Shown: positions 49,294 to 63,816, counted from the stretch's first letter. The stretch is DNA of 64,000 nt from an uncultured Chthonomonadaceae bacterium (GCA_963817895.1 CAWFQB010000006.1:160001-224000), one strand, 5' to 3'. Translations and numbers: made by a program. The notes: generated by a model from the letters alone, not told the origin.

Positions 49294-49890
49294 TTAGCGC
49301 AGCATTGCGAGAACGATGCCGACAATCTTTTCTACGTTGTCGAGGTAGTACAGGTCGGTATCAATCGTTGCTTCAGTTCCCTGAAGGCGCAGGAATTTCC
49401 AGTCCGTGCCGGTTGTTACACATCCGTACAGCGTGTCTATTGGTTTTCCCGCCCTGTCGTTGAAAATCTGCGCGGCGATGAGTTCGGCAAGGCATTGTGG
49501 GACTCCCGCAGGTATATCTTCCTTTTTCGCTTCGACAACGGAGATGATAGGAGCCTGTACCGTTGTTTTGCGCGGCGCGAGAGTAAACAGAAAATCGCAG
49601 AAACCGGCAAGTCCGCGCTTTTTATCCACGTCGAACTGAATACCGGAGAAAAAATTGGCGCGGTCACGGGACTGCTCATAAACCTCGATAAGAATGGGCG
49701 TAATGAGGAGTTCGGAACGGGCCTTTTCCGAGCCGCTACGCAGAGCCACCTCGGTTTGTTTTGCCAGTGTTTGACGAAGCCAATCGGAAACCGCTGCGGG
49801 GGGCGCGTCAGCAAAAAGTCCGGCCTGCTCCGTATCTTCTATTTGGTACTCCTCTTGCAACTGAACCGTAGTGAACTTGTTGTAGGCCAT
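49294..49890 (-). CDS. hypothetical restriction-endonuclease-fold protein, paralog 1
   Basis: Same motifs as 48585..49181; both start MAYNKFTTVQL. Confidence 0.8.
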   Translation of the reverse strand: MAYNKFTTVQLQEEYQIEDTEQAGLFADAPPAAVSDWLRQTLAKQTEVALRSGSEKARSELLITPILIEVYEQSRDRANFFSGIQFDVDKKRGLAGFCDFLFTLAPRKTTVQAPIISVVEAKKEDIPAGVPQCLAELIAAQIFNDRAGKPIDTLYGCVTTGTDWKFLRLQGTEATIDTDLYYLDNVEKIVGIVLAMLR

Positions 49891-50088
49891 AATGCGTGTT
49901 CCCCCGTCAAGCGGAAAGTAAAGCATTTTAGTATACCCCACAAGCGGAATGACAAACTTGCAGGTATCTTCATTGATTTTCCTGATCCGCCTTACGGGGC
50001 AGGAAGAAAGCTGTTTTGCGCAGAACCATACGAACGTACTCTGAAATTGCTTTGATATGGAAAGTTTGCATTGGAAAGGAACCGTTCG

Positions 50089-51841
50089 ATGCCGAGCCAG
50101 TTCACGCCTGCCGGGGGCGCGTTTTTAATAGAAACTACGGATGCCGAGCAGGTCTTTATTCCCGAACACTTTACTGCGGAAGACCTGCTCATCGGCAAGA
50201 CGGCGGAGGAGTTTCTGAACAACGAAGTTCAGCCGCATGTCGAGAACGAATTGAGAGTGGCGACCACGACCTGATGCGCGACCTGATGCGCAAAGCGGGC
50301 GAATTGGGATTGCTGGGCGCGGATGTGCCGGAAGCGTATGGCGGATTGGGACTGCCGCAAACAACGTGCGCCCTGATTGCCGAAAAATTGAACCCGCAGC
50401 AGTCGTTCGCGCTCACGCACGAGGCGCATACCGTCATCGCCACTCTGCCGCTGCTGTTCTTCGGCAGCCATGAACAGAAACAAAAGTATCTGCCCAAACT
50501 GGCAAGCGGGGAATGGGTAGGCAGTTTCGCGCTGAGTGAGGCCAATTCCGGTTCGGACGCGCTGGCGATGCAGACGCGGGCGACCCTTGCGCCGGACGGC
50601 AGCCACTACGCGCTCAACGGCGAAAAAATGTGGATTACCAATTCGGCCTTTGCCGGCCTGTTTACCGTATTTGCCCGCGTGAAGGTCAATGCGGAGGATA
50701 AAATCGGCGTGTTTCTGGTGGAGCGGGATACGCTGGGATTGGGTTTCGGCAAGGAAGAACATAAATTGGGGATGCACGGCACCTCCACGCGCCGGGTGAT
50801 TCTCAACGACGTTCAGGTTCCCGCCGCAAACGCTTTTGGCATCGGGCAGGGGCATTACGCCGCGTTTTGCGCCCTCAACATGGGTCGCTTCAAATTGGAA
50901 GCGGGCGCGGTCGGTGGCTTGAAATATTTGCTTTCTATCTGCGCGAAATACGCCGCGCAGCGCAAAACGTTTGGACGCCCGATTGCCGAATATGGCCTGA
51001 TACAGCATAAACTGGCGGAAATGGCCGCCCGAACGTTCGCGCTGGAAAGCATGGTGTACCGTCTTGCCGGGGATATGGAACGCGCATTCGCCCCGATTGT
51101 TCCCGACGCGCCCGACGCTTCGCTTCAGTACCATCGCGCTTCGGAAGAGTACGCAATTGAGTGCAGCATTGTGAAAGTGATCGGTTCGGAAACCTATTCC
51201 AGCATGGCGGACGAGGCCATTCAGATACACGGCGGGTATGGCTACACGGAGGAATTCCCGGTCGCCCGCGCCTGGCGCGATCAGCGTTTGTTGCGCATCG
51301 GAGAGGGCGCGAACGAGATCGTCCGTCTGGCGATTGTCAACACCCTCCTGCGCCGCGACAAAGCCGGTCGCCTGCCGATTTTGACTGCCACTCCAACCGG
51401 GCAAGCGCAGACTGCCGCCGCTTCCGAACCTTTACAGGGCTTGTGGCGGGCGGCGGAGTATTTCAAACTGTTGGGCGTTACCATGCTGCAAACCGCGCAA
51501 AGCGACATGGGAAGCGAGTTAGCCGAAGCGCAGGAAATATCGGCTGCGATTGCGGATGTGGTTTGTTCCGCGTATGCGCTGGAAAGCATTGCCCTGCGCT
51601 GTACTCTGCTGCAAACCGCCAATCATGTTCATTACGACGCCGCGCTTGCCGCCGCGCAGGTCGCGCGTATAACTACACCAATGAAGCGATCCATGCCGCG
51701 CAATATTTTGCGGACAGCGCATCCGCCTCACCTCATGTATTTAGTCACCAGCCGGGAGAAGTAATGAAGTTCGGCAATCCCATGCAGTAGCGGCGTGACC
51801 TTGCGGCGCGTGTACTGGAAGCGGGCGGCTATCCGGTCTGA
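50089..51841 (+). CDS. acyl-CoA dehydrogenase (frameshifts near 50260 and 51670-51790)
   Basis: GGAFL N-terminus; motifs FALSEANSGSDA, NGEKMWITN, IQIHGGYGY and RIGEGANEI. Confidence 0.9.
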
Positions 51842-52020
51842 AAGGCGGCAATTTCCGATACCGAACGCAAATACCGTAATTTTTCGGAAATACAGCGAAC
51901 AACCCGCCGTTTGTGCCACAATAGAGGAAGATGTTGTAGGTTAACCAAAATGGAAGGTCGGCCCATGCTCTGTTGTGGCCCAATTCCATTGCGGAATGAA
52001 AGCGGAAGGAAACAGGAAGC

Positions 52021-53094
52021 GTGACGGCAACACTGGAAGTTGAGGGACGCGCCGTGACGGCGGAGCAGCCGGGGGCGATCCATGCGGACCCTCTCTGCGG
52101 CGATCCCGAAGAAATTTTTGATATAACCATTATCGGCGGCGGCCCGGTCGGGCTGTTCGGCGCGTTTTATGCGGGCATGCGCAGCATGACCTGCAAAATC
52201 ATGGACAGCTTGCCCGATTTAGGGGGGCAACTGGCCGCGCTGTACCCGGAAAAATATATCTACGATATGCCGGGTTTTCCCAAAGTGCTTGCCAAAGACC
52301 TTGTGCGCGATATGATCGCGCAGGCCATGCGCTACTCGCCCGCTATCTGTCTGGGCGAAATGGTCGTGCAGCTACAGCACGAGGCCGATGGAACCATTAC
52401 CATCAGCACCCAAAAGGGATCGCACCGCACCCGTACCGTGATTATCGCATCCGGCGCGGGCGCGTTCTCGCCCAAAAAACTCGTTGCGCCCGGACTTGCC
52501 GAGTTCGAGGAACGCGGCGTCCACTACTTTGTGAAAGACAAAAGCCACTTTCACGGCCACAATCTGCTGATCGTCGGCGGCGGCAACTCCGCGCTGGATT
52601 GGGCCATGAATCTGGAAGAGCATGCCGACAAAATCACCCTGATTCACCGCCGGGATGTGTTCAAAGCGCATGAGGACAGCGTGGATTGGCTGCTGAACCG
52701 CTCCAATGTGGAAACGCTGCTATTCCATGAAATGGCGCGGGTCGAGGGCGATGACGCGGTACGCCGCGCCGTGATCTACGACAACCGCACCAAAGAAGAG
52801 AAAGTTCTGGAAATTGACGGCGTGTTGGTGAATTTGGGCTTTAATACCGACATCGGCCCGATCCGCGAATGGGGCATTACGCTGGAGGGCAAGGATATTG
52901 TCGTCAACCAGTACATGCAAACCAACCTGCCGGGCGTGTACGCTTCCGGCGACATCACCTCCTACCCCGGCAAATTGAAACTGATCGCGACGGGCGTGGG
53001 CGAAATCTGTACCGCCGTGTATCACGCCAAAACCGTGATTGATCCCAACATCAAGTTCAAGCAGGTCCATAGCAGTAATATGGAGATGAAGTAG
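52021..53094 (+). CDS. ferredoxin--NADP(+) reductase type 2 (TrxR-like, YumC family)
   Basis: Motifs IIGGGPVG, GGQLAALYPEKYIYD.PGFP, GGGNSALDW and GKLKLIATG; no CxxC. Confidence 0.9.
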   Translation: MTATLEVEGRAVTAEQPGAIHADPLCGDPEEIFDITIIGGGPVGLFGAFYAGMRSMTCKIMDSLPDLGGQLAALYPEKYIYDMPGFPKVLAKDLVRDMIAQAMRYSPAICLGEMVVQLQHEADGTITISTQKGSHRTRTVIIASGAGAFSPKKLVAPGLAEFEERGVHYFVKDKSHFHGHNLLIVGGGNSALDWAMNLEEHADKITLIHRRDVFKAHEDSVDWLLNRSNVETLLFHEMARVEGDDAVRRAVIYDNRTKEEKVLEIDGVLVNLGFNTDIGPIREWGITLEGKDIVVNQYMQTNLPGVYASGDITSYPGKLKLIATGVGEICTAVYHAKTVIDPNIKFKQVHSSNMEMK

Positions 53095-53371
53095 GCAAAA
53101 ATTCTTTTTTCTTTTTTCTGCAAACAGGCAGGAATATCGTCGTTCGATACGCAATAATAGTCCCGGTTGGATTGCGCCTGCAAGAATACCGGCGCAGATG
53201 GTCGCCTTCCCCTCAAAATGGCGCGGCAGCGGCCTACAGCTGTCAAGGGTAGTGTTTCCGTTCCACATAGGTTTGTTTTAACTGAGGAAACAAAGGGTTG
53301 CCGCAATTCTCCCGATACCGCGCGGCAATTCTGCACTTTTAACCGCCTCCATGATCTCAAGAGAGGAGAAG

Positions 53372-56368
53372 ATGTCCGTTATGCCACGCACTCATGCCGG
53401 TTCACAATCGAAACCGGAAACATCACGCGCCCCGAAACGCAGCCTGCTGCTGCCGGGACTGGCCGCATGCTCATTGTTGAGCGTGTTCGCGCTGTCACAG
53501 GTGGCCGCTCAGGTTGTCAAGCAGGGGACTGCAAAAGGAGCCGCAATCGCGCCTCCCGGCTCTATACCTGTTATTGGCACACCGATTATCATTGGGGGCG
53601 GCAATGTGCCGCTGCCTGCCGGCCTGAAAGTCACTACCGAACGCTACAGCAATGCGCGCGCCGGCACCAACAATCAGGAAACCGCGCTCGCGCCCAATAA
53701 TCTGGTTGTGGGCGGCGCCAATAAAACTCAGGCGTTCGCCAAACTGTTCACGTATACGGTGGATGGCCTGATTTACGGCGAACCGCTGTATGTGCAGAAC
53801 CTGCCCGTTACCAACAACATTGGGATCACCACCACGCACAACACGGTTTTCGTTGCCACCAACAACAACAGCGTGTATGCCTTTGACGCCGATTCCATTA
53901 CCAGCAATAACGGCGGCCCGCTGTGGCATACCAGCTTCAACGTGCCGGGAGCAGGCTCGACCCCGACCAACGGCAACGACGTGACAACCATATTCGGCTT
54001 CCCGCAGGCCGACATACAGCCGCTCATCGGCATCGTCGGCACACCCGTTATTGACGAAAACAGCGGCACTATGTATGTGGTGGCGCGCACGACGGAGGGC
54101 ACGAACTATGTCCACCGCCTTCATGCCATTGATGTACGCACCGGGCAAGAGCATCTGAACAGCCCCGCGCTTGTCGGACAGTTTCAGGACCCGTTCAGCG
54201 GAGCCATATCGCCCATCACTGTACCCGGAACCGGCGACGGCTTTGATGGCAATGGCAATATCGCGTTCGACACGCTGGAGCAAAATCAGCGCGCCGCGCT
54301 GACGCTGGTAAACGGCGTGGTGTATGTGGCTTACGGCTCCTTCGACAACTCGCCGCCCTATCATGGATGGGTATTCGGCTATAATACGGCCAGCCTGCTG
54401 TCAAGGCCCTCCGTGTTCTGTACCACGCCCAACAACGTAACCAGCAACGGCTTCTTTCCCCAGCCAACGGGCGGCGGCATTGACATGGCCGGAGTGGGCA
54501 TGGCGACCGATGGCACCAGCCTGTATTTCACAACCGGGTTGGGCGCGTCCGGCAATCGCCCGGTCGCCCCCGGCGAACATGTGCAAAGCATCCTGAAACT
54601 CCCGTTCACGCTCACCGATACGGACCCGAACTTCGGCTTTTTCCAGCCGAACAATTATGTCAGCCTCAGCACGGCGGGGCAGGATTTGGGAACCGGCGGC
54701 GTCGCGCTGCTGGACACCGTCATTCCCGGCCACCCCAACGCGATGATTACGGCAGGGCAGGAGGGTAAAATCTACCTGCTGGATCGCAGCAATCCGGGTG
54801 GGAATTTACCCCAGGACATGGGCGCAATCCTGACCCTGCCCAATATCGCCAACCCCGCGCCTGCTTTGCTGGGACCAAGTTACGGAGCGCCGACGGTCTA
54901 CACCGACAACACCGGCCAAACTCCAGTTACCAGAGTGTTCTTCCATGCGGCCGGCGACGTAGTTCGCGGCTTCACCCTGGATCCCACCGCCGTTGCGCCA
55001 ACGCCCTTTTTGCGGCTCGACGCGCGAGGCACGGATGCCAACGGGCAGTTCCTGCTGTATGATTTCCCAGGCGCGCAGTCGTCCATTTCGTCCACGCCAA
55101 ACGGCGCGAACGCGCTGCTGTGGGAACTCCAGCCCATTCCGGCTTCCAATCCCGATCCTACACAGGGCAATCTGAACCAGGAGCGATACGCGCTGCTTCG
55201 AGCGTACAAAGTCGGCAGAAACACGGACGCGGATACGCTGAATGAGGTGTATAACAGCAACCTGAAGGGCGGCGGAGCGGACAACATCGGCGACTACGTG
55301 AAATTCACGCAGCCTATGGTTGCCAATGGCAAAGTCTACGTTACGGCAGCCGCGCCGACAAAGTTCGATCCGGGCGGCTCCACCGCCTTCCCACAGGGCC
55401 GTCTGGTCGTCTTCGGTCTGACGAAGGTGCAGTCGGGAACGCCGATTCTGGGGCAGGGACTGCATTACCAGCTTTCCGGGCCTGTGGGCTGGACGGCGTT
55501 CAGCTCCAACAACCGCATTCCCACTCCTGTCGGACCGGGGATCGCCATTTTTGGCGCGCCGGGACTCGGCACTGTTGAAATCAACCGCGCCTACTCCTAC
55601 AGCCTGACCGCGCTGGACGGCAACAACCAGCCCCAGGCGATTACGGGCAGCGTGAACCTGGTGCTGACAGACCAGTTTACGGGGAGCAAACTATCCCTGG
55701 GATCGGCGTCGTTCAACAACCAGTCCTACATCACATTCAGCAAAACCATCACCACGTCGAGCATCTTCACGATGCAGGCGCTGGACTCCAAAGGCAACAC
55801 GTCGCAAAACTACCCGAACCTTGGGGACATTCCTTACATCCAGGTCGTGGGGGCAATCACCACGGGATTCTGATCGGTTCAACCTGCGAATGCCGACTTC
55901 GGCGCGCGCCGGACAGTTGACAAATGTGACGGTAACGCCGGTTACCTACAGTGGACTCCCAACATTCACCCGAACCACTGTGGTTATCTATGATACGGTA
56001 CCAAATGGCGCGCAAGACTTCTCGCTGCCTTCTGATCTTGATCCAACGGATGGCTTCGGCTTCCCGAACACGCCGCCCTACGAGCCGATCCTGCCAAGCC
56101 CGCCGTATCCGACGCCACACTCGCAGGCGCCTTTGAGCGATCTTCATTTCGCTTACGAACTGCAGTATGGCATCGCGGATTTCGCGACAACGCCCGGCTT
56201 GCCCATCGGTATCTTCGACAATGGCGGCATTTTGGGCACGAATTACCCGAATATCAACGGTTCAGGAACGTACCCCTGCGTCTTCAACGGCGTCGGCCAG
56301 CACGTTGTCATTGTCTACGACGGGGTATCCGGGCAGATGACCACAGGCGTTATCAATATCACGCCGTA
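53372..56368 (+). CDS. large secreted PQQ-like beta-propeller protein; frameshift near 55855
   Basis: Signal peptide; motifs RYSNARAGTN..E, VDGLIYGEPLYV, GIVGTPVID, QRAALTL, YHGWVFGY and KFTQPMVANGKVYV. Confidence 0.75.
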
Positions 56369-56387
56369 GTGCGAGCAACCACACTCC

Positions 56388-56430
56388 AACCCCTCTCCTG
56401 TCGCGTTTCGCGGCGGGAGAGGGGGTTTTT
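56388..56430. terminator. rho-independent terminator between convergent genes
   Basis: aacccctctcc...ggagagggggttttt. Confidence 0.75.
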
Positions 56431-58260
56431 ATGTCGGGCAGTTGCGGCGTTCGTCAGGGTGGATACGGTCTATGGCAAATGTAGAACCGGGCTGCGATTT
56501 CACCTGCCGAAGCAGGGTTTCGCGCCTCGTCCAGCATGGGCGCGAGGCAGGCAAAGCGGCGCGAACGGTTGGTGACGACGGCGATACGGCAGGCGAGCAG
56601 GGGAACATGGCGCGTGTTGCCGCTGCGCTCCGTCACCATCATGCTGCCGCTTCGCGCCTGTTCCGGCGAATAAAACAGGGGCAGGCTGGCAGGCAAACTC
56701 CCGCAAAACCGTTTCACACGCGGCTGCCGCTTTGTCGGGCGGCATCAGCATCACGAAATCGTCCCCGCCCAGGTGCGCCAGAAACGTTTCCGATTCTTCC
56801 GCCGCGCCGTCAGAGGACTGTTCGCCGGGCGCGGATTGTAACAGGGACGCCAGCGAACGAATCACGCTGTCGCCATGCGGCAGGCCATAAGCGCGATTGT
56901 ACAATTCCAGACCTGTTAAATCAATACGCGACAAGCGCGAGGGGACGCGCGACTCCAAACGTTCCCCTATCGTCTGCTCCAGCACGACCCGACTCGGCAG
57001 GCCGGTAAGCGGATCGGCATACAGGCTGCGGTTAGTCTGTATAGTGGTTACGGCTTCCATCAGGACGCGCATGGGCAGAACGCCCGCGCACAGGCCCGCG
57101 CTGTCCACAACTACAATGTCGGTGTCCAGGCTTAACTCGCTGCGGGTTGTCGCCTGCCGCGCCACGTCCACCGCCGCTTCTTCTTCCCCCGCGCATAGCA
57201 TGTGGTCTGCATCCACTGCGCCACCGTTTCGTCGGGAATCAGATCGTCCATACGCGCCGAGCGCGCCAGCTCCAGAATGTGTTCCAGGCTCTGGCGCATC
57301 AGCAGGCCGCGCGCCAAACCCTCCTCCACAACCACAACGCTCGTCAAACTGGCATTCTTATAAAAGGCCGTCGCCGCTTCCGCCAGGGGAGTGGAGGGGA
57401 GCATGGTTTTCGCGGTTCGCGCCAGCGCGCCCACTGTCACGCCCCGCCCCGCCTCCATCTGTACGCGCTGCCGATGCCGCGCCTGAATAAATTCGCGCGT
57501 TTCCCGCGTCACGCCGCGGAAATTATCGGCAGGCTTGCCCATCAGATAGCCCTGCCCATACGTTACGCCCATGTCAATCAGCGTCGCCAGTTCCTCGCGG
57601 GTTTCCGAACCCTCCGCCAGAACATGCGTTCCGATGTTGCGCGCATAGCCGAACAAGCGCGGATAGAAGAGCGCGGTGCGCCCCGTTGACATCCAGATTG
57701 CGCACAAGGGCGCGGTCTATCTTGACGAAATCGGGGCGCAGTTCCGCAATGGCATGCAGGCTGTTGTAGCCCGCGCCCGCGTCGTCTATGGCGATTTTGA
57801 ATCCCTGCTCCCGCAGCTTTTCCAGCGAGTGCATCAGGCGCGGAAAATCGTCTACGGCCTGCCGCTCCGTAATTTCAACCACGATGCTTGCCGGGTTCAG
57901 CCCGCACTCGCGGGCGCGGGCGGCCAGCGGACGCTCATGCATGTCCATAAAGGCCAGCCCCTCCGCCTCCATGTTGATAAACAGATGATGCCGCAATCCC
58001 TGCTGCGCGGCGCGGGCGAAGCACTGCTCCTGGCAGGCCAGATCGAACCACGACACCATACGCGCCTTTTCCGCCGCGCGATACAACGCGCCGGGACGCC
58101 GCAACATCCCCCCTTTCGGCCCGCGTATCAGCGCCTCATACCCGAAAATCTGCCCATCGCGCAAAGTGACAATGGGCTGAAACTGCGCGTGAAGCTGCTT
58201 GTTGACGATGATATGGAGCAGGGCGTTGAGTTCCGAAATGTTGTCTTCCATATCGGTCAT
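56429..58260 (-). CDS. EAL-CBS-GGDEF c-di-GMP signalling protein (several frameshifts)
   Basis: FQPIV, YEALIRGP, EITER and AIDDAGAGY motifs; CBS-like middle; ADPLTGLP and HLGGDDF. Confidence 0.85.
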
Positions 58261-58330
58261 TGCCTGTAAGGGAGCAATAGGCGTCAGCGTGAACAGGGGA
58301 AGTGGAGGGGCGGTGGAGAGTGGCGGCAAA

Positions 58331-58687
58331 TCAAAGCCATTGTCCGCGCGCCAGCCGGCATTCCAGACGTTCGGCAAACGCGCGCCGCAGGGAGTGGACG
58401 CGCAGAGATTGCCCCGGCTGATCGGCGTTCGCGTCCATATCCAGCGCAACCGCCCATGTGTTGTCCAGCAGGGGCCAGATTTGCGCCTGCGCGGATTCCA
58501 TCAGGGATTGATGCAGATATTTATCCAGGCGCGCGGCGTTGAGCCAGCCGGCAGTGTTTGCTTCCGCCCGGCAGACAAAAACAACGTTGTTCAGCCGGAG
58601 CGCGTCCAGCAGGCGTTCCATCGGCTCCGCATGAGCGGCGGGAACAGGAAACGTTTGCGCAAAAGCAGGAAGCAAATGCGACCTCAA
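58331..58687 (-). CDS. hypothetical protein
   Basis: Co-oriented ORF upstream of the EAL gene; start uncertain. Confidence 0.5.
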   Translation of the reverse strand: MRSHLLPAFAQTFPVPAAHAEPMERLLDALRLNNVVFVCRAEANTAGWLNAARLDKYLHQSLMESAQAQIWPLLDNTWAVALDMDANADQPGQSLRVHSLRRAFAERLECRLARGQWL

Positions 58688-58719
58688 GTATCGTAAGCAG
58701 TCACAGCGATAACATCCTT

Positions 58720-58880
58720 GATAGAAGATAGGAGATAGGAGATAGGAGATACGAGATACAAGTGCGGGTGATTATCGGCTAGTTCCTAATCGGTGATTAG
58801 TGGTGTACTGTAGTCCCTGTAACCCGTAACGACGGCACATCCCTATGCATCGCATCTTGATATCCAATATCTCCTATCTC
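58720..58880. repeat. heptamer-repeat hairpin element, (GAGATAG/GAGATAC)n
   Basis: gaagataggagataggagataggagatacgagatac ... atatctcctatctc. Confidence 0.75.
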
Positions 58881-58883
58881 CCC

Positions 58884-58914
58884 CTTGACAATGGTACACT
58901 CAAATAGGTATACT
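58884..58914 (+). promoter_or_regulatory. dnaK promoter overlapped by a HAIR-like HspR operator
   Basis: TTGACA, 18-nt spacer, TATACT; CTTGACA-N7-ACTCAAA versus the HAIR consensus CTTGAGT-N7-ACTCAAG. Confidence 0.75.
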
Positions 58915-58991
58915 AATCTTGAAGTAAGGTAACACACACACTATTCGACAATAAGATACGAACAACATTGAGGACGGGCGCGAAACCATAA

Positions 58992-60910
<1,919 letters not shown>

Positions 60911-60916
60911 AGGGGC

Positions 60917-61028
60917 GAGATACGAGCATACGAGATACGAGGAGACATTGCTGACTGGCTTGTTCCTGTTAGGGAATAAAGGCAAGCATTGCAGTTCCTT
61001 GTATCTCGTATCTCGTATCACGTATCTC
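60917..61028. repeat. heptamer-repeat hairpin element, (GAGATAC)n
   Basis: gagatacgagcatacgagatacgag ... gtatctcgtatctcgtatcacgtatctc. Confidence 0.85.
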
Positions 61029-61038
61029 CGGGGGAAGC

Positions 61039-62127
61039 ATGAGCAAAGACTATTATAAAACGCTCGGCGTGGCGAAAACGGCCTCGGCGGAAGAGATCAA
61101 AAAAGCGCACCGCAAGCTCGCCCGGAAGTTTCACCCCGATTTGAATCCGGGCGACAAAAAAGCGGAAGACAAGTTCAAGGAGATTCAGGAAGCCTACGAC
61201 GTGCTTTCCGACGAAGACAAACGCGGCAAGTACGATCAGTATGGCGATCAGTGGGAACAGGTCGGGCAGGGGTTTCCGCCCGGCGGAACCGCTACGGGGC
61301 GGCGGTTTTGACGGCGGTCAGCCCTTTGGCGGCGGCAATGTGGGCGAAAGCGGCGTCAATTTCCAGGACATTTTTGAACACATGTTCGGGGGCGGGCGCG
61401 CGACAGTCGCCGCGAGATGCGTTTAGTTCGCGCGCTGCCAGTCCAGCCCGCGCGACTTCTTTTCGCCGTCCCTCCGCCGCGCCCGCCGAAGACATTGATT
61501 TCGGGCTGGATATTACGCTGGAAGAGGCGTACAGCGGCGTCACGAAACGCATCAACGTCACGGTGGAGGATGTATGCCCGGAGTGCGAGGGGTTGGGACA
61601 GAAACGCAACAGCAAAGGCCAGATTGACCTGAGCAATGCAGCGGCTTGTCCGCGCTGTCGGGGAAGCGGGCGCGTGGCCTCGCCGCGCAGCAGCTCAGAT
61701 CAACATTCCTGCCGGGGCGTGGGACGGCATGCGCTCCAAAATGGCGGGTATGGGTGCCGCGGATGCGCGCGGACGGCGGGGCGACCTGTACGTGCAATTG
61801 CACGTTCTGCCGAATGCGAAATTCGAGCGCGACGGCCAGAACCTGCTGTTCGACGTTACCGTACCCTACACGGTTGCCGCGCTGGGCGGCGAAATAGATG
61901 TGCAAACACTGGACGGACAAACGCGGCAGTTGGTGGTTCCGGCCGGAATACAAACAGGCCAGAAGATGCGCTTGAGCGGCAAGGGGATGCCGGCCCTGCG
62001 CGACCGCAAGACCGGCGATGCGTTTGCCCGCGTCAAGATCGCCGTGCCCCGCGACCTGACCGACCAGGAACGCGACCTGCTGACGCAACTCGCCCGCCTG
62101 CGCAACGATCCGGTGAGAAGCAAATAG
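61039..62127 (+). CDS. dnaJ: DnaJ-family co-chaperone (frameshifted) with only two CxxCxGxG motifs
   Basis: KDYY..LGV and HPD motifs, G/F-rich region, CPECEGLG and CPRCRGSG, DnaJ C-terminal domain. Confidence 0.9.
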
Positions 62128-62132
62128 GCAGT

Positions 62133-62249
62133 GTGTCAGGTGTCAGGTGTCAGGTGTCAGGAAGAGTTGCTGCCTGCCTCAAATTGATACCTTGCATGGA
62201 GGGCGCGGAAGTGGTTCTTTTCTGACACCTGACACCTGACACCTGACAC
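62133..62249. repeat. heptamer-repeat hairpin element (GTGTCAG)4...(CTGACAC)4
   Basis: Both arrays are directly visible between dnaJ and hspR. Confidence 0.9.
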
Positions 62250-62269
62250 CTGCTCCGAAGGAGCCTATT

Positions 62270-62618
62270 ATGTCGGCGCACCACAACACAGAACCGGTAT
62301 ATATGATTGGCGTTGTGGCTTCTTTGACCCAGATGCATGCGCAGACCATTCGCCTGTATGAAAAAAAGGGACTGGTGATGCCACAGCGCAAAAACAAAAA
62401 TCGGCTGTACTCCGAGTCGGACGTGGAACGGCTGCGGCAGATTCGGCGGCTGACGCAGGAGATGGAAGTGAATCTGGCAGGCGTGGAGATCATCCTCGAT
62501 CTGCTGGAACCGCATGGAAACCCTGCGCGCCGAGCGCGATGAACTTGCGGATCGCAGCCAGCAGATCGAAACGCGCATCCGCGAGTACCTGGCGCAGCAC
62601 GGCGGCAAATTCCCGTGA
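62270..62618 (+). CDS. hspR: MerR-family heat-shock repressor HspR (frameshift near 62510; 3' end uncertain)
   Basis: PVYMIGVVA...HAQTIRLYE..GLV.P.R....RLYS..DVERLR.I..LTQE.EVNLAGV; located downstream of dnaK-dnaJ. Confidence 0.85.
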
Positions 62619-63090
62619 CTGGAGCAGATGCCGCCCCTGCCCCCCGGACACCCGGAACGCGACCTGCTGCCGCCCGCCCTGCGCATCCCGAAAGCAGATC
62701 GGCCCCGCGCCCATCATCCTGCCGCCGCACCGCGCGAAGAAAAAAGAACCACGAGAGGAGACGAGGAGAAGACGGAGAAGAGGCAGAAGTGAACCGCGAG
62801 GGACGCACGAGTGAACGAAGTAAGGAAGAAACAGAGGATACAGGCAAACTGGACGAAGCTTCTGGTGGCCATAACTTGCCCTTGCCTCCTTCAGTTCCAG
62901 TGCTCTCTTTCGTTTCTTTCGTGTGTTTCGCGCTTTCTACCTCCTCTTCTCCTTTTCTCCTGTTCCCCGTTTTCTCCGTGTTTCTATTTTCTTCCTCATG
63001 TAACCTTTTCGCCGGAGGGCGCGTCAAATGCGCGGAGTGGTTGCTGCGTTGCTTTTCGGCAGGGAATGAGGCTTTGGATGGTGAGCCAGG

Positions 63091-63816
63091 ATGTCTGCGC
63101 GCGAACGTGGAAAACGGGCTGGGGAAGCCGGGAGAACGGGGAACAGCGCCCTGACAACGGATGATGACGGAGAACTCGTCGCCCGCTTTTTGCGCGGCGA
63201 AACGGCTGCGTTCGATAGCCTGTTTGCGAAATATCAGGACTATGTGTATCATATCGTCTTCGGCATTGTGGGCAGCGCGGAAGAGTCGCGGGATTTGACG
63301 CAGGAGGTGTTCGTGCAGGTGTACCGCTCGCTGCCGCAGTTTCGGGGCGGGGCGCGGTTCGCGACGTGGCTGTACCGTATTGCGGCCAATCGGGCGGTGG
63401 ACGCGGCGCGGGGTTCGCGGCGATGGCGCTTTTTGCCCCTGCTGGACGCGCCCGGACTTGCGGAACGCCGGGCCGATGCCGATCAGGAGCCGGAAGCGCA
63501 GTTCGAGCAGCGCATGGAGCGCGAAGATATTCAGCAGATTTTGATGCAGTGCCCGCTCGGACACAGACAAATATTAGCCCTGCGCTACTATCAGGATTTG
63601 TCGCTGGAAGAGATCGCGGACGTGCTGGAATGTTCGCTGTCCGCCGCCAAAGTGCGCCTGCATCGGGCGCGAATTGTATTCAAGAATTGTTATGTGGCGG
63701 CAAAGGGCGAATCTGCCCTTTGCGCGCAAAGCGGCTCCCCTGTCGGAAGTGGAACAGCGGCGGCGCGGGCACAAAGAGGGGAATGGAGGGCGATGATGCG
63801 AACCACGCGGCACTGA
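63091..63816 (+). CDS. ECF-type RNA polymerase sigma factor (start uncertain)
   Basis: Motifs DLTQEVF, FATWLYRIA.N, LSLEEIA and AKVRLHRAR. Confidence 0.9.
   Translation: MSARERGKRAGEAGRTGNSALTTDDDGELVARFLRGETAAFDSLFAKYQDYVYHIVFGIVGSAEESRDLTQEVFVQVYRSLPQFRGGARFATWLYRIAANRAVDAARGSRRWRFLPLLDAPGLAERRADADQEPEAQFEQRMEREDIQQILMQCPLGHRQILALRYYQDLSLEEIADVLECSLSAAKVRLHRARIVFKNCYVAAKGESALCAQSGSPVGSGTAAARAQRGEWRAMMRTTRH

Noticed and set aside
62179..63570. 463-aa minus-strand ORF
   Set aside because: It is antisense to hspR and the sigma factor and runs through low-complexity repeats.
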